A stretch of 63,419 bases of DNA, the filler included, from Octopus bimaculoides (lineage: Eukaryota), in NCBI RefSeq assembly GCF_001194135.2. It is 6 parts of 5 records of this genome, joined end to end, with 100 filler letters (N's around TTAATTAATTAA, not from the genome) between each part and the next. Parts side by side here need not be neighbours in the genome. Positions count along the whole stretch, not along the records: positions 12,182 to 37,655 come from NC_068982.1; positions 37,756 to 54,061 come from NC_069005.1; 4 more parts are not named here. One strand, given 5' to 3'. The position numbers and the translations under genes were made by a program. Shown here in pieces: positions 35,902 to 49,053 of the stretch. The notes beneath the pieces were generated by a model that had not been told where the DNA came from, did not search any database, and saw nothing but the letters and a program-made list of their open reading frames with translations. Within the stretch, counting starts at the first letter, position 1; every line of letters begins with the position of its first letter.

Positions 35902-36522
35902 NNNNNNNNNNNNNNNNNNNNNNNNNNNNNNNNNNNNNNNNNNNNNNNNNNNNNNNNNNNNNNNNNNNNNNNNNNNNNNNNNNNNNNNNNNNNNNNNNNN
36001 NNNNNNNNNNNNNNNNNNNNNNNNNNNNNNNNNNNNNNNNNNNNNNNNNNNNNNNNNNNNNNNNNNNNNNNNNNNNNNNNNNNNNNNNNNNNNNNNNNNN
36101 NNNNNNNNNNNNNNNNNNNNNNNNNNNNNNNNNNNNNNNNNNNNNNNNNNNNNNNNNNNNNNNNNNNNNNNNNNNNNNNNNNNNNNNNNNNNNNNNNNNN
36201 NNNNNNNNNNNNNNNNNNNNNNNNNNNNNNNNNNNNNNNNNNNNNNNNNNNNNNNNNNNNNNNNNNNNNNNNNNNNNNNNNNNNNNNNNNNNNNNNNNNN
36301 NNNNNNNNNNNNNNNNNNNNNNNNNNNNNNNNNNNNNNNNNNNNNNNNNNNNNNNNNNNNNNNNNNNNNNNNNNNNNNNNNNNNNNNNNNNNNNNNNNNN
36401 NNNNNNNNNNNNNNNNNNNNNNNNNNNNNNNNNNNNNNNNNNNNNNNNNNNNNNNNNNNNNNNNNNNNNNNNNNNNNNNNNNNNNNNNNNNNNNNNNNNN
36501 NNNNNNNNNNNNNNNNNNNNNN

Positions 36523-36561
<39 letters not shown>

Positions 36562-36734
36562 GTATATATGTGTGTGTAGACTGGGTGAAGCTCTGTTGCT
36601 TAGACAAGGGTAGACTGTTGTGTTACCAAAGTGTCACTGGTACATGTTGCTGATATGCTTTGAGCTTGTATGTGTACGCTTGTGCATGTTTATATATGTA
36701 CACTCTATGTAGTTATGACCGACTAATAATTTCA

Positions 36735-36905
36735 TACATTGGAGATGTGGTTTAGGCACGTGTTAATAACAGACCTGGTGCCTCTAAGCAATGTGAAGGC
36801 TCTGATTATATGGCCTATACAAGTTACAAACCGGGACAACAGGACAAGAGAAATCATTATAAAAAAAACGAGGTGGATGCAAAAAGTGGAAGGATGGAAA
36901 GAAAA
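36735..36905 (+). mobile_element. Possible degenerate RTE-type LINE ORF C-terminus
   Basis: MWFRHVL..VKALIIWPIQVTNR resembles WFGHVLR..KxLxWxxxGxR; weak. Confidence 0.3.
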
Positions 36906-37261
36906 AACGGAAAAAGAAAGGAAAACAAAGAGAATTATGTCCCCGTTGACTGTAAAACCATAAAGCTAGTTGGTGTAGAAATCAACAGAATGGATGTAAA
37001 GTCTACGATACAGCTGCTTAATCCAAGAAGGTGTTTTGCCCCAATTCACCAAAAGAAACTTGTCCATATGTTTGCAATTACAGAAAATTATCGATCTGGA
37101 ATTCAGCAGTGCGATGGAATTCTTAGATCTATAAAGGCTGTGTGAACTTTCAGCAACGCATAATATGTATTTTGTTGAGCAATTAACATATGGCATGAAT
37201 TTTTTAACGATTTTCCACCGGATAAGTGGAAAATTCATGTGCTGTCACACGTATCACGTAA

Positions 37262-37465
37262 ACCAAGTTTCCACAAACTGTGATGGTTTTGCGTCTGTCT
37301 GCAGTGAGGATGACATCATATTGCCCCATATCTTTGAACGGGGCTTTAGGGTCAATGCGAACGGGTATGTGGAGCTGCTGGAGATTGTGCTCGAACTCTG
37401 TCTGAAGACTTGATGGCCGTATGTGGGACAGCAGGATTCCGTTCCTTGCTATACCTTCCGAAATT
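37262..37465 (+). mobile_element. Second maT-type transposase fragment
   Basis: TKFPQTVMV/SEDDIILPHIFERGFRVNANGYVELL..PYVGQQDSVPC, homologous to the catalytic region at 10049-10240. Confidence 0.75.
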
Positions 37466-37494
37466 GTAACTAGCCCCAATTTCTAGCCTCCTGA

Positions 37495-37655
37495 TTCTTC
37501 TCTTTTACTCTTTTACTTGTTTCAGTCATTTGACTGTGGCCATGCTAGAGAGCACCGCCTTCAGTCGAGCAAATCGACCCCGGGATTTATTCTTTGTATG
37601 CTTAGTACTTATTCTATCGGTTTCTTTTGCCGAACCGCTACGTGACGGGGACATA
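37495..37655 (-). mobile_element. SINE family A, 3' half
   Basis: TTACTCTTTTACTTGTTTCAGTCATTTGACTGTGGCCATGC..GTCGAGCAAATCGACCCC. Confidence 0.85.
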
Positions 37656-37699
37656 NNNNNNNNNNNNNNNNNNNNNNNNNNNNNNNNNNNNNNNNNNNN

Positions 37700-37711
37700 T
37701 TAATTAATTAA
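37700..37711. other. Artificial scaffold linker TTAATTAATTAA
   Basis: 44 N + 12 + 44 N. Confidence 0.95.
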
Positions 37712-39388
37712 NNNNNNNNNNNNNNNNNNNNNNNNNNNNNNNNNNNNNNNNNNNNAACACCATTTCCACCAAAATACAACACTTTTTTTGTGCTATCACC
37801 CTCCCTTGCTCCACCATTAACATCATCAACCAACACCACCACCACCACCACCAACAACAACAACGATGGCAACACAAACTCCACCATCACCTCCACCATC
37901 ATCACCACTTCTACTATCACACCACCATCACCACAACCACCACCACCCCAAACACATCCATCACCACAACCACCACCACCACCCCAAACACATCCATCAC
38001 CACTGCCATGACCACCCCTCCTACCATCAACAACACTAACCATATCCTTTCAACTCCCAACTCATAGTGTTTGCCAGTGAGTATCACCATCATATAGAAA
38101 GTACCATTCATTTCCAATCTTCCATGAAAACATGTCTGGTCATGGGGAAATATCGTCTTACTTGGAAACAGTTAACTCTACAATCCAACATACAATACCT
38201 CTACTATCTAATACGCAGTCACTCTGCTGTCCAATGTACAGTACCTCTGTGAATCTCTTACTTTTAGTGTCCACATCTCACTGCCATGTGGCATTTATAC
38301 AACTTAAACACAATAATAATTTCTACATTTTAAAACATTATTATTTTGTTGATTGTTTTATTCTTTTCTTAAACTTCTTTCATAATTAATTAATTATTAT
38401 TTTTTTATGCTCATTTATTCCTTTCAGAAAAGAACCCCCTAATGAAAGTGATTTGGTTTCGATTCAAAGAAGGATTTTCAAATGCTGTACGACGCCAAGT
38501 GAAAGTGCAGGACTTCTTATGAAGATGCTTTGTATATACATGCAGTGCCCCAGCATGACCACAGCCTCAAAGCCGAAACATATAAAAGAATATATNNNNN
38601 NNNNNNNNNNNNNNNNNNNNNNNNNNNNNNNNNNNNNNNNNNNNNNNNNNNNNNNNNNNNNNNNNNNNNNNNNNNNNNNNNNNNNNNNNNNNNNNNNNNN
38701 NNNNNNNNNNNNNNNNNNNNNNNNNNNNNNNNNNNNNNNNNNNNNNNNNNNNNNNNNNNNNNNNNNNNNNNNNNNNNNNNNNNNNNNNNNNNNNNNNNNN
38801 NNNNNNNNNNNNNNNNNNNNNNNNNNNNNNNNNNNNNNNNNNNNNNNNNNNNNNNNNNNNNNNNNNNNNNNNNNNNNNNNNNNNNNNNNNNNNNNNNNNN
38901 NNNNNNNNNNNNNNNNNNNNNNNNNNNNNNNNNNNNNNNNNNNNNNNNNNNNNNNNNNNNNNNNNNNNNNNNNNNNNNNNNNNNNNNNNNNNNNNNNNNN
39001 NNNNNNNNNNNNNNNNNNNNNNNNNNNNNNNNNNNNNNNNNNNNNNNNNNNNNNNNNNNNNNNNNNNNNNNNNNNNNNNNNNNNNNNNNNNNNNNNNNNN
39101 NNNNNNNNNNNNNNNNNNNNNNNNNNNNNNNNNNNNNNNNNNNNNNNNNNNNNNNNNNNNNNNNNNNNNNNNNNNNNNNNNNNNNNNNNNNNNNNNNNNN
39201 NNNNNNNNNNNNNNNNNNNNNNNNNNNNNNNNNNNNNNNNNNNNNNNNNNNNNNNNNNNNNNNNNNNNNNNNNNNNNNNNNNNNNNNNNNNNNNNNNNNN
39301 NNNNNNNNNNNNNNNNNNNNNNNNNNNNNNNNNNNNNNNNNNNNNNNNNNNNNNNNNNNNNNNNNNNNNNNNNNNNNNNNNNNNNNNN

Positions 39389-39617
39389 TAGACAGCAAAT
39401 ACTTTTTATGGGCAATTTGATTTTATATATGTCTTTTAATCAAAATCTTTTAATTGACAATAAACCTATTTGTTAAATACTGTTAAATAAATAAATGTAA
39501 AAATGTTATTTTAAGCAAATATTTATGTATAAATTTCATAAGCGTTTACAAGGGGATCCCTAAGGTAAAGCCTGAAATATAAAGGGGTCCGCAAGTCAAA
39601 AAGTTTGAAAACCCCTG
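39389..39617. mobile_element. hAT-type MITE (same family as 16551-16827)
   Basis: Reverse-complement match over about 220 bp; ends TTTGAAAACCCCTG. Confidence 0.8.
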
Positions 39618-39619
39618 GT

Positions 39620-39721
39620 CCAGATCATACCGGAGCCTGGTGCAGCCTCCTGGCTTCCCAGACACCAGTCAAACCGTCCAACCCATGCCAGTATGGAAAA
39701 CGGACGTTAAACGATGATGAT
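39620..39721 (+). mobile_element. 3' end of RTE-related retroposon
   Basis: GGAGCCTGGTGCAGCC..GTCCAACCCATGCCAG..GGACGTTAAACGATGATGAT. Confidence 0.75.
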
Positions 39722-39925
39722 CACCAAGCTGGCAAAATCATTAGCATTCCGGGCGAAATTCTTAGCGGCATTTCGTCCGTCTAAGTTCAACTTCTGCCGA
39801 GGTTGATTTTTGCCTTTCATTCTTTTGGGGTCAATAAATTAAGTACCAGTCGAGCACTGGGGTCAATATAATTGGCTAGTCCCCCTCCCCACAAAATTAC
39901 TGGCCTTGTGCCAAAATTTGAAATC
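39722..39925 (+). mobile_element. SINE family B
   Basis: AGCTGGCAAAATCATTAGC..GGGCGAAAT..AGTACCAG..GGCCTTGTGCCAAAATTTGAAA. Confidence 0.8.
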
Positions 39926-39939
39926 ATCATTCATCATCA

Positions 39940-39977
<38 letters not shown>

Positions 39978-40826
39978 TCCTGTCAATGTTACCATACATG
40001 TTTTCATCGCATTTAATTTTTCTTTTTTGACAATCATTACCGTCTGGTCTTCCATAGTGTTTCTCCCCCCTCCCCCCACCTTATGATTTGCAAGATGATT
40101 AAATTGGCTCAAATTGCTTACAATCATCCATCTGCTTCAGATGTAGATCAATAATACACAATGAGAAGTTGATGATGATGGTGATGACGATGACGACAAT
40201 GATGATGACAGCGATGACGAGGATTATATGATGGCGGCAGCGATAATGAGGATGATGATGATGGTGATGATAATGATAGCTATGATGATGATGATGACGA
40301 TGGTGCTGATGATGATGTTAACGATGATGGTGATGATAATTCTGATCATGATAATGATGACGAGGACGACTGCAATGATGATGATGATGATGATTGCCTT
40401 TGTAATTATAGTTAATTAGTTCTCATTCTTATAATTCTTATAATTAATTAGAGCCATAATCATTTGTAATTGTCATCAATTGCAAAAAAAAAAANNNNNN
40501 NNNNNNNNNNNNNNNNNNNNNNNNNNNNNNNNNNNNNNNNNNNNNNNNNNNNNNNNNNNNNNNNNNNNNNNNNNNNNNNNNNNNNNNNNNNNNNNNNNNN
40601 NNNNNNNNNNNNNNNNNNNNNNNNNNNNNNNNNNNNNNNNNNNNNNNNNNNNNNNNNNNNNNNNNNNNNNNNNNNNNNNNNNNNNNNNNNNNNNNNNNNN
40701 NNNNNNNNNNNNNNNNNNNNNNNNNNNNNNNNNNNNNNNNNNNNNNNNNNNNNNNNNNNNNNNNNNNNNNNNNNNNNNNNNNNNNNNNNNNNNNNNNNNN
40801 NNNNNNNNNNNNNNNNNNNNNNNNNN

Positions 40827-40861
<35 letters not shown>

Positions 40862-41538
40862 ATATATATATGAGTGTGTGTGTGGCTGTTGATGTGGGGG
40901 CGGGGAAGAAAGGGAGGGACGAGCTTGTTTCTTCACCTTTCATTTATGGCAGTAGTGATAGTAGTAGTAGTAGTTCTTTTCTACTGGTACTACTGCTACA
41001 ACTACTGCTGCTGCTACTACTACTACTACTACTACTACTATTACTATCACTATTACCACCGCCGTTAACAACAGCAATAATGGCAGTGATAACAACAACA
41101 ACAACAACAATAATAAAAATATGACCAATAATAAAAACAATAATTATATTAAAATGATAATAATAATAATGATAATAATAATAATAATTACTGGAAGTTG
41201 GAGGAAGAAGCTTCTGGGAGAATTAAAGGATTTTTGATGAGAAAGAGATAGGTTTATTAAGTGTAGTTGAAATGGTGTCCCTCCTCCGTACCCCCTCCCC
41301 CCATTTTTCTCTTCAGTGCTTCCTCTCCAACGTTGCCCTCCACTCCTCTATATTCACTCATCAACTGAGATGGACAGAAGAGGGTTTCTTTATTAAATCA
41401 GGTTTTTCACAAAAGACAAAAAAGAAAAAAAAAAACAGAAACTGCAGCCCACTGATTTTTTTTTCTTATTTTTGTTTTAGTTCTTTTTCGTCTCTTTTTG
41501 TTGTATTTTCTTTTGATGTTTGAGCAGTTATTTTTGCT

Positions 41539-41585
<47 letters not shown>

Positions 41586-41629
41586 AACGTGTGTGTGGTG
41601 TGTGCGTATAGATGTATATGTATACATGG

Positions 41630-41810
41630 TTCGAATTTACAGAAAACAAAAGATGAAAACTGGTGTAGGAACCACAGGCAGGTGTATTAGTTTGACGCTT
41701 GGGAAGAATGGAAAAGTCTTTGACGTTTCGAGCCTACGCTCTTTGACAGAAAGGGACGAGGGGAAAATGGAGAGAGAACGCAAAAAAAAAAAAACCGGAG
41801 AGAGAAATAA
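41630..41810 (-). mobile_element. Family F element
   Basis: Hammerhead-like motif at 41717-41754 (core CTGTCAA, stem II GAGC/GCTC, GTC). Confidence 0.75.
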
Positions 41811-41894
41811 GTATATAAGTATATATAAAAGGCATATGTACATATCTATACTTTTTATACTTACAGCTATGTATATATGTGTACACACAGACAC

Positions 41895-42666
41895 GTAGAG
41901 GTACCCGGTGTTGCCCAAGTATTGGATATGTTTACCTCTTTTGTTAAAATTAGTCACACGCTGGTTATGCACATAATTTTGTTAGTGACTTGTACAAGAG
42001 CTTTTTTTTTTTGAATTTAATAGTTTTCTCCTGTGACACAGAAATATGTCTAAAGTTTGAACTTTTCCAGGTTTCTGCGATGTGTTAAACTTTTGAGATT
42101 GTGTTTATTGATAATTTTTATTTCGTGACTTCAGAAAACACTCCATATGTGTTTTAGTCTCTAAACAGATTTGCAGCAAGTAAAACAGAAGTACTTCTAG
42201 CAGAAATATGTTTTTTTTCAAGAAAACTTCTTGGATTGATAAAAATTTCTTCAAGTTTGGCGTAAAAGTGTATTTTTAGTCCAAAACATGAGATACAAGA
42301 TAGACAGCTGACAAGAGACCAGCATAGACTTACCAGTTCAACTCCATTCTCTCTGAGGGACTGTCTTTGAGACTTGTTGATGGTTATAGGTAAAGACAGT
42401 GGCTGTGAAAAAACTGAAGGCGCTGGGATCGAAATAGCATATCTGATGGGATCCAGAGAACGCAGGCGATGAAAGAATCTTCTCTTTTGTACAACAAATC
42501 ATAATGGAGGTTTTGATCGCATGAAGAATAAGAGTTTTCACAATTATTCTTGAATCATCGCAGAGTTTTGGCCCATCTATATCTCGTAAGCATCATCACG
42601 GGCATTCCTAATTTTAGTTGCAGACTTTGAGAAGGAATACCATTGGGCTGAAGAGAATTAAGAAAC
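41895..42666 (-). mobile_element. Helitron remnant (Pif1-like helicase C-terminus and 3' end)
   Basis: Minus strand: FLNSLQPNGIPSQSLQLKLGMPVMML; PKLC; WIPSDMLF..QRLQF; ITINKSQRQSL. Degenerate GGGCAACACCGGG hairpin plus a CTAC end at about 41895. Confidence 0.8.
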
Positions 42667-42698
42667 TTTTTTGGTAGCATCTTTGATGCTGACTATAG

Positions 42699-42982
42699 CA
42701 GTGCTCCGCAACCGGTAAGCCATGGCACACTGGCATGCCATGAGACGATGCTAGTTGTGTCACATCCTGAATATAATTTTTCCCTTATATTTTTAGTTAT
42801 ATTCCGAATTCAGGTGTGCTGCCGAATTTTGAAAAGAATACAAGTCTACCGTGAGTGGAAAAAGGTTGCGGAGCACTGATCAAAATGTATTTACAAATAG
42901 CATCTTTACACGTGTTTCATTGTAGATTTTTACGCTGAATTACGTATGTGTACCGCAAGGGAAGAAAGGTTGTGGAGCAGAG
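42699..42982. mobile_element. hAT MITE with two right-hand TIRs
   Basis: CAGTGCTCCGCAACC pairs perfectly with 42864-42878 and imperfectly with 42968-42982. 8-bp TSD GACTATAG/GGCTATAG flanks the outer pair. Confidence 0.75.
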
Positions 42983-43064
42983 GGCTATAGTATGAACAGA
43001 CTCGTATGATCTGGAATGGGCTGGAATCTGTAGAATCATGGCAGCATTAATTTCCTGTCTAATG

Positions 43065-43281
43065 TAAGGCGGCGAGCTGGCAGAAACGTTAGCACACCGG
43101 GCGAAATGCTTAGCAGTATTTCGTCTTCTAACGTTCTGAGTTCAAATTCCACCGAGGTTGACTTTGCCTTTCATCCTTTCGGGGTCGATAAATTAAGTAC
43201 CAGTTGCGTACTGGTGTTCGATCTAATCGACTGGTTCCCCTCCCCCAAAATTTCGGGCCTTGTGCCTAGAGTAGAAAAGAA
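43065..43281 (+). mobile_element. SINE family B (well-preserved)
   Basis: TAAGGCGGCGAGCTGGCAGAAACGTTAGC..GTTCTGAGTTCAAATTCC (B box)..GGCCTTGTGCCTAGAGTAG. Confidence 0.85.
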
Positions 43282-43466
43282 TTTCCTGTTTAATGTCATT
43301 CTTTGGAGCTAGAATGGTATATTTCAACAAAAGCACTGTGAAAAGCTGGGATAAACGCTGAATAACCTTTTTTGATATTATTGATTGTTCTACAACTCTT
43401 AAAATATATTTTGACGTCTCAGCTGTCAGGGCCCCCGGTAGAGCAAAAAATAATATCTAACCAACA

Positions 43467-43670
43467 TACAAGAGAGTGCTGAAAAGTTCCCGGCTTTAAG
43501 GGTCTCACGAAAGGCCCAACCTTCCAAGTTCTTTTACAGGGGCTTCGAAAAAACGAAGGACCACTGCAATAAGTGTATGAATCCGAGAGAGGAATATGTT
43601 CAATAAAATTATTATTGATCCTCCTGTATTTTCTTTTACCCAAAGCCAGGAACTTTTCAGCACCCCCTCG
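43467..43670 (+). mobile_element. Mariner-derived MITE
   Basis: ~30-bp TIRs (GTGCTGAAAAGTTCCCGGCTTT / AAAGCCAGGAACTTTTCAGCAC) and residual transposase end CNKCMNPREEYVQ*. Confidence 0.8.
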
Positions 43671-44506
43671 TGTGTGCGTGCGTGCGTGCTTCTCTGTTTG
43701 TGTGTGTGTGTGTGTGTGTATACATATATAGTATAACGGAGAAAGCTGCTTACTAATAAGCTGGAATTATGTAATGTTACTAAAAAAAAGTAATTATGAA
43801 AGTCTAGACAGGAAAATTTTTATAAATTCCAGTTTTAATAATAAAAATTTTTTTTTTATCTAAATGCGGTTTTAAGGATTCTTTTATTATTGAATATTTC
43901 AAGTACATGCGTCAATCACGAATATTATTTAATGCGACATTTCAGTTGACTGCGGGGCGTTGTTGAACATCCGTTTTATACATCTTGAAATATAAAGGTT
44001 GCCCAAACGCTACTTTCTACTAATTGTAAGTTTTATTCTGTGTCAACCAAATTATGTTGATTGCAGTACCCTTCAATATTTGTTGGATGTTTTTGAGGAA
44101 ATAGAAAACGGAAGAAGAAACATTAATCTTTATGCTCTCCAACACCGTCGACTGTTCAACAATACATCAAGCTGTTCGCGAAAAAAGGAGACAAAATAAA
44201 TTTTTTTTTTAGGAGTGGTGAACAAACGAAGAAACGGTCTGCCAGGAGACGTCCTCACGTTTTCTTTTTGTACATTATTGGCATAGAAAATATATTATAC
44301 GTACATAAACATATAAATATATGTGTGTGTTTATGCGCACCACAGACACACATACAGATATATAATTATATATATTTATGTAAAAGCACAAATATACATG
44401 CAAACATACATGTTTGTGTATTTATATATGTGTATGTTCGCGTTTGTGTAAACCCACCCACTTATTCAAATACACACACACATATATATATACCTATAGA
44501 TGTATG

Positions 44507-44545
<39 letters not shown>

Positions 44546-44696
44546 CTATAGATGTATGTATAAATACATATATGTGTGTGTATGTGAGTGTGTGTGTAAG
44601 TAATTATATACATAGATGCATGTGTATACGTTTGTGTTTGAGTCTGTGCTTTCGTGTGTGTGTGTTTGATTTTGGGGTTCGCTTATTTTGTCTGTA

Positions 44697-44736
<40 letters not shown>

Positions 44737-45223
44737 CCTCTCTCTCTACCTCTTCGACTTTTTTCTGTAGTCGTCGTCTCTCAAGCTTTTTTATTTTTAT
44801 TAACAAATTATACCAACTTTTCATGATGGCGGTGGGGGAGATCGAATAAGACAAGGGATAGTGGTGGTGGTGGTGGAGATACTCGCCTTAATGAACGGCG
44901 AGATTAATTGCAATCCTAATTGAAGATGGCAAAAGTATTGGGGGTGGTGGGGTGGTAGTGACTCAGCATAACGGGTGGAATCACGTGTCAGCTTTGTGCA
45001 CACACACACACACACACACACATACACATATTGCACATGGACAGAGTGTATATGCACATGGAGTGGAGGTCATGGCGCTCGCGCGCGCGCGCGCGTACAC
45101 ACGCACACACGCTACTTACGCATGTTGATAGTGAATAGCAGATGTTACATACATACATACACTCATGCGTAAACCTACACACACACACACATGTATATAT
45201 ATGTGTGTGTGTGTGTGTATGTA

Positions 45224-45260
<37 letters not shown>

Positions 45261-46239
45261 NNNNNNNNNNNNNNNNNNNNNNNNNNNNNNNNNNNNNNNN
45301 NNNNNNNNNNNNNNNNNNNNNNNNNNNNNNNNNNNNNNNNNNNNNNNNNNNNNNNNNNNNNNNNNNNNNNNNNNNNNNNNNNNNNNNNNNNNNNNNNNNN
45401 NNNNNNNNNNNNNNNNNNNNNNNNNNNNNNNNNNNNNNNNNNNNNNNNNNNNNNNNNNNNNNNNNNNNNNNNNNNNNNNNNNNNNNNNNNNNNNNNNNNN
45501 NNNNNNNNNNNNNNNNNNNNNNNNNNNNNNNNNNNNNNNNNNNNNNNNNNNNNNNNNNNNNNNNNNNNNNNNNNNNNNNNNNNNNNNNNNNNNNNNNNNN
45601 NNNNNNNNNNNNNNNNNNNNNNNNNNNNNNNNNNNNNNNNNNNNNNNNNNNNNNNNNNNNNNNNNNNNNNNNNNNNNNNNNNNNNNNNNNNNNNNNNNNN
45701 NNNNNNNNNNNNNNNNNNNNNNNNNNNNNNNNNNNNNNNNNNNNNNNNNNNNNNNNNNNNNNNNNNNNNNNNNNNNNNNNNNNNNNNNNNNNNNNNNNNN
45801 NNNNNNNNNNNNNNNNNNNNNNNNNNNNNNNNNNNNNNNNNNNNNNNNNNNNNNNNNNNNNNNNNNNNNNNNNCTTTAGAAAACAGTTAAAATTTTCCTT
45901 TAATTACTTTATTGAACGTGGGTAAGAGTCGTGAATTTTCTTAATTTTATTGCGAATTGTAATTTGCTAATTTCTCCTTCGTTAGCAACACATGTCACAC
46001 ATTTCCATTCACCTTGCTGTACCCGCGACCAAGCGCCCCCTCCACTCTCGTTTCCATTAAGACAAGTGTCACCACACTACACTTGAACATAGTCGGGTTA
46101 TATTTTTTTATTTTATATTTTTGCGTATTATTTTATTAACTTTTTACTGTCGCTTTTGAACAATTCAATCCTTAAATCCATATTCGACGTTTCTAGAACT
46201 TCACAGACTTATTATCAGGAAACGAATAGAATTTATAAG

Positions 46240-46396
46240 TGCAGATGTGACCGTATGGTCTGAAGTTTGCTTGCCAATCGCATGATCCCGGGTCCAGTCC
46301 CACTGCGTGGCACCTTGGGCAAGTATCTTCTACTATAGCTTCAGGGTGACCAAAGCCTTGTGAGTGGATTTGGTAGGCGGAAACTAAAAGAAGACT
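46240..46396 (+). mobile_element. SINE family A, 5' half
   Basis: CAGTCCCACTGCGTGGCACCTTGGGCAAG..CCAAAGCCTTGTGAGTGGATTTGGTAG. Confidence 0.8.
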
Positions 46397-47508
46397 CCCA
46401 AGCGGGTTTTGAACTCAAAGACGAAATTAACTGTAGTGAGACCTTTTGTTCGGTGCTGCAATATTCCTGTCACTTCACCGTTTATTTGGTGGTGGTGGTG
46501 CGGAAGATTGAAGTAAATCCGACGATTGAAAAGTAAGTGTCCTTAGAGTAAAGTGGCTGTAGAGTACCGCTGGTAGGAGACGAACTGACGATCTGTAGGT
46601 TGAATGTAGAGTATTTTGTTGGTTTTTTTCAAGCTGGTCGTCTACATTCTCGTAAAAACTTGGAATGCTGGGAGTAAAAAATTTCTAAGTGTAAATCGAT
46701 GAAAGTCATTGAGAGAGAGAGAATGAGAATAGGGCAGAGGAATATGGGTGAAAATGAGGGGGAGTGAAACATCTAAACCAAGTGGGAGGGGAACATGAGA
46801 GAGAGAGAAATACAGAAGAGAGAGGTGGAGAGATAAAGAGAGAGAATAGAGAAAGGGGAAAGTTGAGAAGAGGGGAGAGAGTAGAGAGAAACCATAGAGA
46901 ATGTGGAGAGAAAGTAGTCGAAAGAGTAGGAAGAGAGATAAATAGAGCGGGGGAGATGGCGGGAGAGACACTGATATAGATAGACGGACAGATAGAGATA
47001 GAAAGAGGAAAGAGAGAGAGATAGAGATAGATAGATAGATAGATAGAAAGAGGGAGACGGAGAGAGAGAGAGAGTAGAACGTAAAGCGAATGTAGAGGAA
47101 GTGACGAACGTTAAGCGAAAGTGTTGTAAGATTGCTGCAATCTGGTTAATGATATCAGGTCGAAGTCTAATTGCTAATTAGTGGATTAATCAAGGGTTAT
47201 GAGCGAAATTAAATATTACGGTGGCAAAAGATACGAAGCTAGGGCTGCTGCAGAGGTGAGCTTCGAACTTTTCTCGGGGTGGGGTGGGGGGTCTTAGTTT
47301 TTTTGTGTGTTTTATTTAAAATTTTTTTATTTTATTATTTTTTTTTCCCTGNNNNNNNNNNNNNNNNNNNNNNNNNNNNNNNNNNNNNNNNNNNNNNNNN
47401 NNNNNNNNNNNNNNNNNNNNNNNNNNNNNNNNNNNNNNNNNNNNNNNNNNNNNNNNNNNNNNNNNNNNNNNNNNNNNNNNNNNNNNNNNNNNNNNNNNNN
47501 NNNNNNNN

Positions 47509-47566
<58 letters not shown>

Positions 47567-47577
47567 GGAAATTTATG

Positions 47578-47612
<35 letters not shown>

Positions 47613-48064
47613 GCTGCAATCTGTGTGTGTGTGTGTATGGGGGCGGCGGTGGGGTAGGGTTTGAAGTCGAGTGAGTGTTTATGCGTAAAATATGTTATAA
47701 TTAAGAGCATGTTTGTGATTTTTCTATACGAGCAAAGAAGTGTGTGTGTGTGCGTTTGTGTGTGTGTGTATGTGTATGTGTGTGTGTGTTTGTGTGTGTG
47801 TGTGCATGTGTGTGCATGACTGTAAATCAGAAATCTACTAAATATTAATGAAGATTAATTAGGATTAATTACCCGTAGTCACATAGCTGTCTCCCCCCCC
47901 CTGTTTACTTTCTAAGAATGTATTGCACGTATCTAATGTATGTATAAGTGTGTAAGCATGTATACATGTATGTGTATATATATATATATGCATGTATGTA
48001 TGTATATACGTATGTATGTATGCATGTACTTATGTATGTATATGCCAAGCTCTCTTTCTGCCTC

Positions 48065-48107
<43 letters not shown>

Positions 48108-49018
48108 NNNNNNNNNNNNNNNNNNNNNNNNNNNNNNNNNNNNNNNNNNNNNNNNNNNNNNNNNNNNNNNNNNNNNNNNNNNNNNNNNNNNNNNNNNNNN
48201 NNNNNNNNNNNNNNNNNNNNNNNNNNNNNNNNNNNNNNNNNNNNNNNNNNNNNNNNNNNNNNNNNNNNNNNNNNNNNNNNNNNNNNNNNNNNNNNNNNNN
48301 NNNNNNNNNNNNNNNNNNNNNNNNNNNNNNNNNNNNNNNNNNNNNNNNNNNNNNNNNNNNNNNNNNNNNNNNNNNNNNNNNNNNNNNNNNNNNNNNNNNN
48401 NNNNNNNNNNNNNNNNNNNNNNNNNNNNNNNNNNNNNNNNNNNNNNNNNNNNNNNNNNNNNNNNNNNNNNNNNNNNNNNNNNNNNNNNNNNNNNNNNNNN
48501 NNNNNNNNNNNNNNNNNNNNNNNNNNNNNNNNNNNNNNNNNNNNNNNNNNNNNNNNNNNNNNNNNNNNNNNNNNNNNNNNNNNNNNNNNNNNNNNNNNNN
48601 NNNNNNNNNNNNNNNNNNNNNNNNNNNNNNNNNNNNNNNNNNNNNNNNNNNNNNNNNNNNNNNNNNNNNNNNNNNNNNNNNNNNNNNNNNNNNNNNNNNN
48701 NNNNNNNNNNNNNNNNNNNNNNNNNNNNNNNNNNNNNNNNNNNNNNNNNNNNNNNNNNNNNNNNNNNNNNNNNNNNNNNNNNNNNNNNNNNNNNNNNNNN
48801 NNNNNNNNNNNNNNNNNNNNNNNNNNNNNNNNNNNNNNNNNNNNNNNNNNNNNNNNNNNNNNNNNNNNNNNNNNNNNNNNNNNNNNNNNNNNNNNNNNNN
48901 NNNNNNNNNNNNNNNNNNNNNNNNNNNNNNNNNNNNNNNNNNNNNNNNNNNNNNNNNNNNNNNNNNNNNNNNNNNNNNNNNNNNNNNNNNNNNNNNNNNN
49001 NNNNNNNNNNNNNNNNNN

Positions 49019-49053
<35 letters not shown>

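Noticed and set aside
36810-37238. ORFs of 111 and 90 aa
   Set aside because: No recognisable domain. They lie between degenerate transposon fragments and are probably decayed TE sequence.
43880-44260. Possible Tc1 N-terminal remnant (STVQQYIKLF)
   Set aside because: Similarity is too short and no TIR or catalytic motif was found.
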